From NCBI GenBank assembly GCA_044440125.1, contig JBITAJ010000028.1:234230-298229 (forward strand): a stretch of DNA of 64,000 nucleotides, in the 5' to 3' direction. Below, one piece after another: positions 1 through 9,752 of the stretch (within the stretch, counting starts at the first letter, position 1; each line of letters starts with the position of its first letter). The notes below the pieces were generated by a model. The model was given only the letters and a program-made list of their open reading frames with translations. It searched no databases and was not told the origin of the DNA. Position numbers and translations under genes: made by a program. This DNA comes from Sedimentisphaeraceae bacterium JB056. Lineage in GTDB: Bacteria; Planctomycetota; Phycisphaerae; Sedimentisphaerales; Sedimentisphaeraceae.

Positions 1-1
1 A

Positions 2-307
2 ATAGCTCTGCCTGCATATCTTTTAATTATTGCACCCTACTTAGCTATCCGAAACTACAGAAAAAGCATCTTTAGTCATTCTAAATCCACCGTGACTTTT
101 GACGAAAACGGCTTTCATGAAACTTCTGATTTATCTGACACAAAATTGCCGTGGGAAACATTTGATTATTACAAAACAAACGGCAAAACAATGATTCTCC
201 ACATGCGAGGCTCAACAAGCATATTCTTCCCAAAACACCTTTTCACGGAAGAACAGTGGCAAACATTCAACACTCTCTGCAAAGATAAAATCAAAAAGAA
301 GGCTTAG
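2..307 (+). CDS. 5'-truncated membrane protein, YcxB-like C-terminal domain
   Basis: Frame is open from base 2 (hydrophobic IALPAYLLIIAPYLAI) through the 92..307 ORF; 'TFDENGF...LPW...IFFPKHLF' resembles YcxB-like proteins. Confidence 0.55.
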   Translation: MALPAYLLIIAPYLAIRNYRKSIFSHSKSTVTFDENGFHETSDLSDTKLPWETFDYYKTNGKTMILHMRGSTSIFFPKHLFTEEQWQTFNTLCKDKIKKKA

Positions 308-394
308 AAAAATATCATTGCACAGATAAATAAAATTCCTCCTGTAAGATAATAACACTTAAACTTTTGCGTCTTTGCGTTAAAAATATACAAA

Positions 395-440
395 AAAACC
401 GCGGCAGATATTTAAAAATCGTTGCCGCGGTTTTATTTTT
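395..440. terminator. Intrinsic, probably bidirectional terminator
   Basis: AAAACCGCGGCA...TGCCGCGGTTTT inverted repeat with A/T tracts on both sides, between convergent ORFs. Confidence 0.7.
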
Positions 441-469
441 TGTTTGTCTTTGTATTATACCCCAAAGGG

Positions 470-655
470 TCAGTTAGAGTAATTGTGTTTCAGCACGATA
501 TCAATCTCATGGTCATGACACAGGTGAAATAAATTACCATAGAACATTTTCTTCGTTCGCGGTTTGTAACCCACCATATCAACGCCGTCTCTGATTTCTG
601 TGCTCCAGCCTGATTTTTCCAGTGTTCTTGTTACTTTCTGCTCTAATGCGTCCAT
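470..655 (-). CDS. Small hypothetical protein (61 aa)
   Basis: ATG preceded by GAGGTG RBS and followed by a terminator. Confidence 0.6.
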   Translation of the reverse strand: MDALEQKVTRTLEKSGWSTEIRDGVDMVGYKPRTKKMFYGNLFHLCHDHEIDIVLKHNYSN

Positions 656-807
656 AATTCACCTCACTTTGGTAAAAAGTTATAAAATATGTATAAAACG
701 TCATAAGGCTCGTTTAAATATACCACGAAATCTTATTTTTGTTCGGGGTACACCAAAACCTGCCCATTAAATTCATTCAATTCCTCATCACCCGAAAATG
801 CAAAGAA

Positions 808-851
808 AAAAGCCGTCTCACAGATACGTCAATCTGTGGCAGACGGCTTTT
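808..851. terminator. Strong hairpin, terminator-like
   Basis: AAAAGCCGTCT-CACAGAT...ATCTGTG-GC-AGACGGCTTTT. Confidence 0.6.
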
Positions 852-900
852 GGTATTTCTTAAATTGTTGATTTCTTTTTTCATTGTACTTGGGCAAAAG

Positions 901-953
901 AAAAACCCGACGGAGCAGAAAGAGGTATTATCTTTCTGCCTCATCGGGTTTTT
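901..953. terminator. Second strong hairpin, terminator-like
   Basis: AAAAACCCGA..GCAGAAAGA...TCTTTCTGC..TCGGGTTTTT. Confidence 0.6.
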
Positions 954-1217
954 TCATTGGTTTTTTGATCTTATTTTTCAAGTCGCTAATTCCTATATAC
1001 GGATTTAATCGATACAAATGGATTTTAGCAAAAAACTGATTGCCGTCAAGTTAAAAAACTAAAAAATTTAACCATCGAAACAATCGCTACAGCAAACCGA
1101 ACACAAACGATCACAATTTAGTCTAAACAGATTATTAAATCTGATTTTCAGCTTTAAAACGATTTAATCATTTATATAGTCGAATATACATTATTTTGCA
1201 ACCCATTTTATGACTCC

Positions 1218-1811
1218 TTAAGTACTGCATCCTAAGTCTATTATATCTGATAATATGGATAAAACACACTCACATTGCGTTTTAACAATATTATAGAGAT
1301 TATGTTCTTCAAGACCTCCCGTTCTATCTTCACGACAGTCAGTACCTAATATAGTTAAATTCCATTTTGAATAATACAAACTTGAACGACAAATACCATA
1401 GCATTTCTTCCCATTACCCCTGTCGGTAGGATGCCCCGTTACGTCATTACGAATTTTACGAATTTCATCCATTTTTTTCTTAATTTCTTCGTCATCCCCA
1501 TCTGTTAACTCCATTTCTTTTCTAAGAGTTCTCATTGCGTCTTGCTGAATAAATAACATCTGGAAAAGACCATGTACGCATAAATATTTAATTCCAATAT
1601 CTAATTTTACCCAATCAAGATTGGCATAATCACTAATAGCCACATTAGCATCATCAATTTGATCTAAACAAGAATGGGGAATTTGAAACCTACGAGAAGA
1701 ATAATCATAATTATCAACTAACTCTCGCATTTTCTTTCTTTTCTCACATATCGCGTGAGTAATTTCAAGTATATCATTTTCTTGACACTTATCCATTTGC
1801 ATTTTCTCCAA
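1218..1811 (-). CDS. AT-rich hypothetical protein with HEPN-like R-x5-H motif
   Basis: 197-aa ORF that looks helical; IRNDVTGHP motif; AT-richer than the neighbouring cmoB. Confidence 0.55.
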   Translation of the reverse strand: MEKMQMDKCQENDILEITHAICEKRKKMRELVDNYDYSSRRFQIPHSCLDQIDDANVAISDYANLDWVKLDIGIKYLCVHGLFQMLFIQQDAMRTLRKEMELTDGDDEEIKKKMDEIRKIRNDVTGHPTDRGNGKKCYGICRSSLYYSKWNLTILGTDCREDRTGGLEEHNLYNIVKTQCECVLSILSDIIDLGCST

Positions 1812-1947
1812 ATTAAACCAATAATTAAAATCCAGAAGTCCTCTTTTAACAAAACAGATATCAAAAATACCAGTTCATTGATTTGTAATCAATGAAAAAT
1901 AATAATTTTATTGCCAATTTTCAAAAAGAACAAAGCGAAAACAACGA

Positions 1948-2913
1948 TCATTTCCGAGCTACCGCAACCGCCCTTACAGGCGCAGGATGCCCTTCAACTG
2001 TAAGATTTCCATCGGCCGAATCAAGAAAATCACCAAGCGATTCAAAAGTCATCCAGTCGGTTTTCCGTTGTTCCTCAAGTGTAGTCTTGCTCACATCAAC
2101 AACTCGCGGCTGCCTGAACCCCGCATCAATAAGCCACCTCTCAAGCATTTTTACGCTCGGCAACTGCCACACATTTCTCATTTTGGCATACCTGCCCTGC
2201 GGCATAAAAACCTCAATTCCCTCTTGTTCTACAATCAGAGTTTCAAGTACAAGCTCGCCGCCGTCTGCGATAAATCCGCCAAGCTCCCGAATATGCTCCA
2301 CAGGGTCACGCCGATGATAAAGCACGCCCATAGAAAAAACCGTATCAAAACAGCCGCAGCCGGCATGCAACGCCTCTACACCAAGCGGCAGCACCGACAC
2401 ATTATCGAGCATCAAATATTTATTCAAAGCCTGAAACTGCATTACGTAAAGCAAAAACGGATCAATACCCACAACAACATCCGCCCCGCAACCGGCACTT
2501 CGCAAACAATGATACCCATTGCCGCAACCTACATCAAGTACGCGTCTGCCCTCAAGCGGCGAAATAGACCCCACAAGCCTGTCCCATTTTATATCGCTCC
2601 GCCATTCAGTATCAATATGTATACCGAAAACATCAAACGGCCCCTTTCGCCACGGATGATAAACCCGCAGAAGCTCCTCTAACAGTCGCTTATCAGCCTG
2701 CGAACAGTCGTCGGCACCGCCAATTCTCACCTGCGATGAATTCAAATCAATAGAAGAAGGCTTTATCTCAGGAAGCCGATCCAAAACACTCTGCCACTGC
2801 TGAAAATGTCCATGCTGCATCTGCTCAATGGCCTTTGTGGTCTGCGATGCAAGATATTCGCCGCAACTGCCAAGAGAGCCTGTCATCTTTTCAAAAAAAT
2901 CACTGTAGTACAT
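1948..2913 (-). CDS. cmoB: tRNA U34 carboxymethyltransferase CmoB
   Basis: PWRKGPF, IDTEWRSD, VLDVGCGNGYH, GRYAKMRNVW; adjacent to cmoA. Confidence 0.95.
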   Translation of the reverse strand: MYYSDFFEKMTGSLGSCGEYLASQTTKAIEQMQHGHFQQWQSVLDRLPEIKPSSIDLNSSQVRIGGADDCSQADKRLLEELLRVYHPWRKGPFDVFGIHIDTEWRSDIKWDRLVGSISPLEGRRVLDVGCGNGYHCLRSAGCGADVVVGIDPFLLYVMQFQALNKYLMLDNVSVLPLGVEALHAGCGCFDTVFSMGVLYHRRDPVEHIRELGGFIADGGELVLETLIVEQEGIEVFMPQGRYAKMRNVWQLPSVKMLERWLIDAGFRQPRVVDVSKTTLEEQRKTDWMTFESLGDFLDSADGNLTVEGHPAPVRAVAVARK

Positions 2914-3664
2914 CTTTGCCCTTGAAAGCCGCTAATGACATAAAATTGAAACACTGGAACCAAAGCGTAATATTTTCAAAACCGCACATCTCAAGCCGCT
3001 CACGATGCTTATTCAGTGTATCGGGAATAAGCACATTTTCTATGGATTTGCGTTTCTGGCTTATCTCAGTAGCACTGTAACCGTTAAGACGTTTGAAATT
3101 ATGATGCATATCTATCTGAAACTTCTGCTCAGCCTCATCATTGAAAGCAATCTTCTCTGAAAGCAGCAGACACCCGCCGGGAAGCATACCGTCAAATATC
3201 TTTTGTATCATCGCATCACGAGCTGTCGGAGGCAGAAACTGCAGTGTATAGTTTAATACAACAAGCGAGGCCCTCTCTATCTCTATATCCTGAATATCGC
3301 CAAGAGTAACCTCAACGGGTACATCCCGCAAATCCTGAGCTACAATCTCCTTGCACCTCTCTATCATAGCCGGCGAATTATCAACCGCAACAATCTTGCA
3401 ATCAGGCTTGGTCATACCCTTCCGCATAGCAAGTGTACTGGTCCCAAGCGAGCATCCCAGATCATAGCAATTACTGCCTGCCTGAGCATACTGCTCGGCG
3501 AAAACCATAGTCATGGCGATAGCCGCCCCATAACCGGGCACAGAACGCCTTATCATATCATCAAAAACGGCAACAACCTTCTCATCAAAGACAAAGCTCG
3601 CCACACGTTCCTGATACAGCGAATATATATTATCTACCTTATTCATGAAATCCCTTAACATCAT
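2900..3664 (-). CDS. cmoA: Carboxy-S-adenosyl-L-methionine synthase CmoA
   Basis: FDDMIRRSVPGY, YDLGCSLG, NYTLQF, NGYS..EISQKR, WFQCFNF; start may be a few codons downstream. Confidence 0.95.
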   Translation of the reverse strand: MMLRDFMNKVDNIYSLYQERVASFVFDEKVVAVFDDMIRRSVPGYGAAIAMTMVFAEQYAQAGSNCYDLGCSLGTSTLAMRKGMTKPDCKIVAVDNSPAMIERCKEIVAQDLRDVPVEVTLGDIQDIEIERASLVVLNYTLQFLPPTARDAMIQKIFDGMLPGGCLLLSEKIAFNDEAEQKFQIDMHHNFKRLNGYSATEISQKRKSIENVLIPDTLNKHRERLEMCGFENITLWFQCFNFMSLAAFKGKDVLQ

Positions 3665-3812
3665 TAAAGTCTAATAAACGGTAATTCTATCATATTTAAA
3701 GCAACAGTCAAAAGAAGAAGGATATAAAGTATTAAAGGTGTGAAAAGTAAGAAGCACGCAAACGTATGTTTAAATACCTAAAATCAAACTTAGAGCAAAA
3801 AAGAAAGCTTTA

Positions 3813-4061
3813 GTGAGCATTCACAAAGTTGCTGTTTTATGCCTCGAAGAGGCTGCATAATATAGCCGGGGGCATCGCCCCTGGATAATGGACAAATCGA
3901 GAAACTCCCCCTCCCTCCTGTTTTCAGCCCAAGGCTGAAAACAGGAGGGAGGGTATGCGCTGCCATTTATTCCCACGGCGTTGCCGCGGGCTATGATTTT
4001 AAGCCCTTCGGGCAATTAATACATGAAAACGTAATTTTTTTAACTCACCGTGAATGGTTAC
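3813..4061. repeat. Composite palindromic (REP/MITE-like) intergenic element
   Basis: Perfect 21-bp stem 3909-3929/3933-3953, several GC-rich hairpins, imperfect 12-bp terminal inverted repeats GTGAGCATTCAC / GTGAATGGTTAC (10/12). Confidence 0.55.
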
Positions 4062-4329
4062 AAGTTTCACGAAATTTTAACGCAAAGACGCTATTTTGTT
4101 ATTTTAATATGATATGATGGTAAGTCAGCTTTGTCTCAAATGTCTTATTTGTCCTATTAAACTTCAATTATCAGAGATTATTATAGCATAAGGCGTTAAT
4201 CTGACTGTCATTTTGTCATATCGGCAGGGTTTATTATGGTTACTACTCCAAGAATTCGAGCAGAAGCACAATCTTAAAACCAGTAAACACAAACCTTTAC
4301 CGCTAACAACCCTTCCTGCCAAGTTTAAT

Positions 4330-4345
4330 TGGCACGCAAATTGCT
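4330..4345 (+). promoter_or_regulatory. Sigma-54 (-24/-12) promoter of groES-groEL
   Basis: TGGCAC-GCAAA-TTGCT with canonical GG-N10-GC spacing, about 70 nt upstream of groES. Confidence 0.8.
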
Positions 4346-4412
4346 TATTAGGCATGTATCGTAAAAAAATAATAGTGTTATTAATATGTAAGTATAAAAA
4401 CAGGAGTATAAA

Positions 4413-4703
4413 ATGAAACTTAAGCCATTGGCAGACAAAGTGTTGCTTAAAAGAGTAGAGGCTTCTTCAGTAACAGCAGGCGGAATCGTCCTTCCAGACT
4501 CAGCTAAGGAGCGTTCTTCAAGAGGTGAAGTTATCAACGTTGGTCCAGGCAAGCTCAAAGACGACGGCACAAGAAGTGAAATGAACGTCAAAAAAGGCGA
4601 CATCGTCCTTTTTGAGAGCTATGCACCAAGAGAAGTCAAGCTTGATGGCGAAGAATACATCATCGTTGATGAATCAAGCATCATTGCCGTAATCGAAAAA
4701 TAA
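4413..4703 (+). CDS. groES: Co-chaperonin GroES (copy 1)
   Basis: KPLADKV, TAGGIVLPDSAKE mobile loop, VGPGK; AGGAG RBS. Confidence 0.97.
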   Translation: MKLKPLADKVLLKRVEASSVTAGGIVLPDSAKERSSRGEVINVGPGKLKDDGTRSEMNVKKGDIVLFESYAPREVKLDGEEYIIVDESSIIAVIEK

Positions 4704-4758
4704 GCAATCAGCTATAAGCTGTTAGCTACTGATTACTGACGGCTGATTACTGATTACT
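4704..4758. repeat. Degenerate 7-bp tandem repeats (CTGATTA-like)
   Basis: gcaatca gctataa gctgtta gctactg attactg acggctg attactg attact. Confidence 0.6.
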
Positions 4759-4782
4759 AAAATATATTAGGAGTAATAGAAA

Positions 4783-6405
4783 ATGGCAGCAAAAAAAATT
4801 GCTTTTGAAAATGAAGCACGTACGGCTATTTTAGCCGGCGTCAAGAAACTCGCATCAGCGGTCAAGATCACTCTCGGCCCATGTGGAAGAAACGTAATAC
4901 TTGAAAAATCATTCGGTTCACCAACCGTAACCAAGGACGGCGTATCTGTGGCAAAAGAAATCGAGCTGGAAGACAGCTACGAGAACATGGGTGCCCAGAT
5001 GGTCAAGGAAGTTGCTTCAAAGACAAGTAACGTAGCCGGTGACGGTACTACAACAGCTACTATAATGGCTGAAGCGATCTTCTCAGAAGGTCTCAAAAAC
5101 ATCACCGCCGGTGCTAACGCTATGAGCGTTAAACGCGGCATCGACAAGGCTGTGGAAGCAGTTGTAGCAAAGCTCGCTGAAATGAGCACACCGGTTGATT
5201 CAAGCAAGCAAATTGAGCAGGTTGCAAAATGTTCTGCAAACCACGATCTTGAAATCGGCAAGACAATGGCAGCCGCTATGGATAAGGTTGGTAAAGACGG
5301 CGTTATCACTGTTGAAGAAGGCCAGTCACTCGAAACAACTGTTGACCTCGTAGAAGGTATGCAGTTCGACAAGGGTTACCTTAGCCCGCACTTCATCAAC
5401 AACACAGAGAACATGACTGTCTCTTTCGACAAGCCTTATATCCTCATACACGAAAAGAAAATCAGCAGCGTTAAGAGCCTTGTACCTATTCTTGAGAAGG
5501 TAGCAAAGCAGGGAAGCCCGCTTCTGATTATCGCAGAAGACGTTGAAGGCGAAGCACTCACTACTCTCGTAGTTAACAAGCTCCGCGGCACACTCAACAT
5601 CGCAGCCGTAAAAGCTCCTGGATTCGGTGATCGTCGTAAAGCAATGCTTGGCGATATCGCTACTCTTACAGGCGGTCAGGCTATCATGGAAGACCTCGGC
5701 ATTCAGCTTGAGAATCTCGAACTGCCTCAGCTTGGACGTGCAAAACGCGTTACCATCGATAAAGACAACACAACCATCGTTGAAGGCGCCGGAAGCAGCG
5801 ACGACATCATGGCACGTATCAACCAGATCAAGGCTGAATACAACGCTTCAACAAGTGACTATGACAAAGAGAAACTTCAGGAACGTCTGGCTAAGCTCGC
5901 CGGCGGTGTAGCACAGGTTAATGTTGGTGCTGCTACTGAGGCGGAAGTGAAAGAGAAGAAGGCGCGTGTTGAAGATGCCCTTCACGCTTGTCGTGCTGCA
6001 GTAGAGGAAGGAATCCTTCCTGGTGGCGGCGTATCATGTCTGCGTGCGATTCAGGTAATCGATGGCCTCAAGCTCAAGGGCGACGAAGCTGTTGGTGCTG
6101 ATATTGTCAAGAGAGCGGTATTTGCTCCTATCAAGCAGATTGCTGCAAACGCAGGTCTTGACGGCTCTATCATCGCTCAGAAGGTTATTGAGAGCAGCGA
6201 CGCTAACTACGGTTTCAACGCACTCACAAAAGAGTATGGCGACATGATCAAGATGGGTATCATCGTACCTACAAAGGTTGAAAGAAGCGCACTTCAGAAT
6301 GCTGCTTCTATCGCTTCACTGCTTCTTACAACAGACGCGGTTGTCAGCGAGATACCTGAGAAGAAACCAGCTATGCCGGCAATGCCTGGCGGCGGAATGA
6401 TGTAA
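4783..6405 (+). CDS. groEL: Chaperonin GroEL (copy 1)
   Basis: [35 protein letters not shown], short PGGGMM tail. Confidence 0.98.
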   Translation: MAAKKIAFENEARTAILAGVKKLASAVKITLGPCGRNVILEKSFGSPTVTKDGVSVAKEIELEDSYENMGAQMVKEVASKTSNVAGDGTTTATIMAEAIFSEGLKNITAGANAMSVKRGIDKAVEAVVAKLAEMSTPVDSSKQIEQVAKCSANHDLEIGKTMAAAMDKVGKDGVITVEEGQSLETTVDLVEGMQFDKGYLSPHFINNTENMTVSFDKPYILIHEKKISSVKSLVPILEKVAKQGSPLLIIAEDVEGEALTTLVVNKLRGTLNIAAVKAPGFGDRRKAMLGDIATLTGGQAIMEDLGIQLENLELPQLGRAKRVTIDKDNTTIVEGAGSSDDIMARINQIKAEYNASTSDYDKEKLQERLAKLAGGVAQVNVGAATEAEVKEKKARVEDALHACRAAVEEGILPGGGVSCLRAIQVIDGLKLKGDEAVGADIVKRAVFAPIKQIAANAGLDGSIIAQKVIESSDANYGFNALTKEYGDMIKMGIIVPTKVERSALQNAASIASLLLTTDAVVSEIPEKKPAMPAMPGGGMM

Positions 6406-6427
6406 TATCATAACCGGTAAAAAATCA

Positions 6428-6463
6428 AAGGCGACGTATCAATATTGACACGTCGCCTTTTTT
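6428..6463 (+). terminator. Intrinsic terminator
   Basis: AAAGGCGACGT...ACGTCGCCTTTTTT. Confidence 0.8.
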
Positions 6464-6505
6464 ATTGTCCCGTATAGTAACACAAAACCTATAAAATTAT
6501 AAATC

Positions 6506-7678
6506 CTACATAATCGCCGCTATCAAACCGTCAACCTTCGTCTTCATATTCCTAATCCTCTCCTCAGTTACAGGTACATCAGGATAAAGCCTCTTAAGAT
6601 TTAGAAGATAATCAGCATTCTTGCTTAAAACCCTGAGACTCTTAAGCATATCCCTTCTGTAAAGCCTCTTGCGAGCTGATCTTGATTCGATTTCAACAAT
6701 CTCCTTATTGATTTTTGCCTCTATCTTCTTGAACTTATTCACAACTTTTTCAAGTTCTTCCCTCGCTTGATCAATAAGAACAGGCTCAAATATCTCAGGA
6801 GATAACGATGTTATTTCAGCAACGACATAATCTCTCGACTCACATTCTCCATCGCTCATTCCACAGTCAATCGCATCTTTGGAAGTAAGCGTAAGAAGTG
6901 TACCTTTCGGACAAAACCTCCTCAACACCTCATCACTCTTAAGCTTGAGATTCGATTCTATATAAAGCTTCTTGCCGTTTCTTCTTATTTCCAGTATCTC
7001 GATATCTCTTTCAGCCATCGCCTTTGCCAGGCAGCTTGGCCGCCCTGATTGCTCGGCAACACTCGCCATATAATTACGCCAGGCAGAACCGAATTTCTCG
7101 CCAACTTCCTCACCGAAAGCCTTCTTCATATCAGTAACACCCTCTTCGGATGTAAGTATCGCAGTAGCGGCCCCTATACAGCAGCCAGGAGCCATGTATA
7201 TATCATTACACGCCATGGAAATAACCGAACCGGCTGAATAAGCTCCACCGTTTTCACCGCCGCATATGTAAGCAATGGTTTTACAGTTACTGGTCTTTAT
7301 CAATGCCGCACACATCTTCTTGCAAAGATCCACACGTCCTCCGGGAGTATCTATCTCGATAAGTATAGCAAGCGGTCCTTTATTGGATTCTTCGATGAGT
7401 GATTTTTCGAAGGCATTGGTTTCAATTTCATACTCAATCGCCTTATCAACCTTGAGAACCGAAATCGATTCCTTACGCCCTTTCTCATTACGTTCTATAT
7501 GATAATCAGCAAGATTGGCCTCAAATTTACCCTTCTGTTCACTTACAATACAAGTGCCATGACCTTCCGTCGCCTGAGTAACAAACCCAGTATAAACATC
7601 CCCTGTTTTCTTATTTGTTATAGTATCCGCATAAGTAAAGCAAGCAAACAAAATAACAACAAGCACCATATTTTTCAT
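6506..7678 (-). CDS. Secreted ClpP/crotonase-fold (NfeD-like) peptidase-domain protein
   Basis: Signal peptide; IEIDTPGGRVD and AYSAGSVISMACNDIYMAPG..IGAA motifs; coiled C-terminus. Confidence 0.75.
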   Translation of the reverse strand: MKNMVLVVILFACFTYADTITNKKTGDVYTGFVTQATEGHGTCIVSEQKGKFEANLADYHIERNEKGRKESISVLKVDKAIEYEIETNAFEKSLIEESNKGPLAILIEIDTPGGRVDLCKKMCAALIKTSNCKTIAYICGGENGGAYSAGSVISMACNDIYMAPGCCIGAATAILTSEEGVTDMKKAFGEEVGEKFGSAWRNYMASVAEQSGRPSCLAKAMAERDIEILEIRRNGKKLYIESNLKLKSDEVLRRFCPKGTLLTLTSKDAIDCGMSDGECESRDYVVAEITSLSPEIFEPVLIDQAREELEKVVNKFKKIEAKINKEIVEIESRSARKRLYRRDMLKSLRVLSKNADYLLNLKRLYPDVPVTEERIRNMKTKVDGLIAAIM

Positions 7679-7849
7679 ATCATTCCTCTTTCCTGCCGAT
7701 CGGACAACATACTCTAATACCCAAACATTATATGTCCTGCATTTTACTTTGTAAACAATAAAAACACATGATATTAAATTTAAGCTTATAACTCACAAAG
7801 GAAAGCGAAATACCCAAACGTTGATGCCGGCAGCCAAAAGCTGCAAACC

Positions 7850-8740
7850 TTAAGTTGTCTGGAATTGTTTTCTGTATTTGCCGGGAGCAGTACCGGCTAT
7901 CTTTTTGAAAAGTCTTGAAAAATAGAAAACATCACTGAAACCAAGCTCAGCGGATATCTGATCGAGAGTTTTATGACTGCTCAAAAGTTCAATCTGAGCT
8001 TTTTCAATCTTTCGATTGTTTATATATCTTATCGGCGTAACGCCCATGAGCTTTGTAAAAAGAGCAGAAAAGTAAACGGGATTCAGATCGACTATTTCCG
8101 CAAGTTCTTCAAGCTTGAGTGGCTGATTTATATTTTCATGTATATACTCAATCACGCAATGCAGCCTGCTTATGCCGTTCGCTGAATCCTCTACCTCAGG
8201 CTCCTGATCAGACTCTATAAATGCGGCAAGAAGCAGCCGCATCATCGCATTGATCTCTATAAGATCGGCAGCACTTTTACTGCGGTTCATATTCCGGCAA
8301 CGATCTATTATCGAACGATATATGGGTTTGTTCGCATCGCGTTCAAGAAGTTCAAGTCCCGGATTCAAGACAAGCAATCGGCGGAATATCACATCAGGAT
8401 CAACATGAAATTTACTGGCACTGATCTTATACTGACACCTTACAAAATTAAAAAGACCAAGTCCATTCTCAAACATCGCATTGAAGTGTATATAGTAATG
8501 CACAAAATATTCAGGACAGTAAAGATCAACAGTCGTAAACTCAGGAATCAGATAGAGCATACCTGGTTGAAGAACATAACGTTGGTTGTGATGCGTAGCA
8601 TAGCCTCTGCCTTCAAGAATATAATACAATCGTGAATAAGGACTATTGACTTTGGTATGTTGCCACTCCGAACCTACTCTGTATTTTTCTATATTCAGAA
8701 CATCAATTTTTAACTTGTCGAAATTATTCTTCAGCATCAA
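7850..8740 (-). CDS. AraC family transcriptional regulator
   Basis: N-terminal cupin; C-terminal double HTH (LGFSDVFYFSRLFKK..G.APGKYR). Confidence 0.92.
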   Translation of the reverse strand: MMLKNNFDKLKIDVLNIEKYRVGSEWQHTKVNSPYSRLYYILEGRGYATHHNQRYVLQPGMLYLIPEFTTVDLYCPEYFVHYYIHFNAMFENGLGLFNFVRCQYKISASKFHVDPDVIFRRLLVLNPGLELLERDANKPIYRSIIDRCRNMNRSKSAADLIEINAMMRLLLAAFIESDQEPEVEDSANGISRLHCVIEYIHENINQPLKLEELAEIVDLNPVYFSALFTKLMGVTPIRYINNRKIEKAQIELLSSHKTLDQISAELGFSDVFYFSRLFKKIAGTAPGKYRKQFQTT

Positions 8741-9267
8741 CGATTCACTCTTGAACTGTATTCAAAATCCAATTATTCGAAACATCTTTTAATATTAAAA
8801 CAAGCAGCAACACAAAAAAATTATAACACAATAAAGATATAATCAAACACCTATTTACTCTAAAAAAACAATTTTGACTTCTTGAGAAATCACGACAATT
8901 ATTTCCTTCAACAAAGACAAAAAGCTTTAAAGTGGTAAAAAAAATTAAAAAACTTCTTTTTTTTGCATTTTATCCCCTTCTTTTAATCATTATCGAAAAG
9001 TTATTGTTGAAAATTATCTAAAAAAAAATTAAGATGGGGTTATTAATGTTAAGTTTTATTTTTTGATATTAATTGTTTTTGGTTCTATAACGATTTGATT
9101 CTTGAGGTTTTAGAATCTCATCAGATGTTTTGAATCGGTTTGTTGTTGCGTTTGACCTACCCCTTCGATAAACAGAACATAAACGTAAAAGCCGTTTCCG
9201 GTTTTAGGATTAATGCGCAGATACGGTATGTCTGCCATACAATAACCCAAGTTAATGGAGAATTGAA

Positions 9268-9681
9268 ATGGATGTAAAAATCAAAAATCTTGATGCAGAG
9301 ATGGCACTCAAGGCCAAAGGAATGGAACTGGATGTTAAAGGCCCCGGCGGCAAGTCCACAGTCGGTACTCTCGCAGTAAAGAAATCCGGGCTTGTATGGA
9401 CAAAAGGTAAAGCAAAGCCGGTAAACATCACATGGAAGAAATTCCTCGCCATTGTTGATGACATGACTGCGCCTAAGGCTGCGGCAAAACCAGCAGCAAA
9501 GAAAGCCACAAAGAAAGCGGCTAAGAAAACAACTAAGAAGGCTGCTGCTAAAAAAGCAACAAAGAAGGTAGCAAAGAAAGCTACTAAGAAAGCTGCTCCA
9601 AAAAAGGCCGTTAAGAAGGCTGTAAAAAAAGTTGCAAAAAAAGCTAAAAAAGCAACAAAAAAAGCGACTAAGAAAGCATAA
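9268..9681 (+). CDS. Histone H1-like basic protein (globular N-terminus plus Lys/Ala-rich tail)
   Basis: GGAG RBS; about 70-residue KKA(T/A/V) repeat tail; terminator downstream. Confidence 0.8.
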   Translation: MDVKIKNLDAEMALKAKGMELDVKGPGGKSTVGTLAVKKSGLVWTKGKAKPVNITWKKFLAIVDDMTAPKAAAKPAAKKATKKAAKKTTKKAAAKKATKKVAKKATKKAAPKKAVKKAVKKVAKKAKKATKKATKKA

Positions 9682-9701
9682 TTCATTTAATGCTGAACGT
9701 T

Positions 9702-9741
9702 AAAGAGGCGTCGATGAAAATAATTCAAAGACGCCTTTTTT
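9702..9741. terminator. Terminator between convergent genes
   Basis: AAGAGGCGTC...GACGCCTTTTTT. Confidence 0.6.
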
Positions 9742-9752
9742 CATTCCACTCA

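Noticed and set aside
739..1008. 89-aa ORF on the plus strand
   Set aside because: Runs across two terminator-like hairpins, has no RBS and shows low-complexity composition.
3821..4015. 64-aa ORF on the minus strand
   Set aside because: Translation of the palindromic repeat element.
9252..9686. Phe/Ala/Leu-rich 144-aa ORF resembling a membrane protein
   Set aside because: Antisense shadow of the Lys/Ala-rich H1-like gene.
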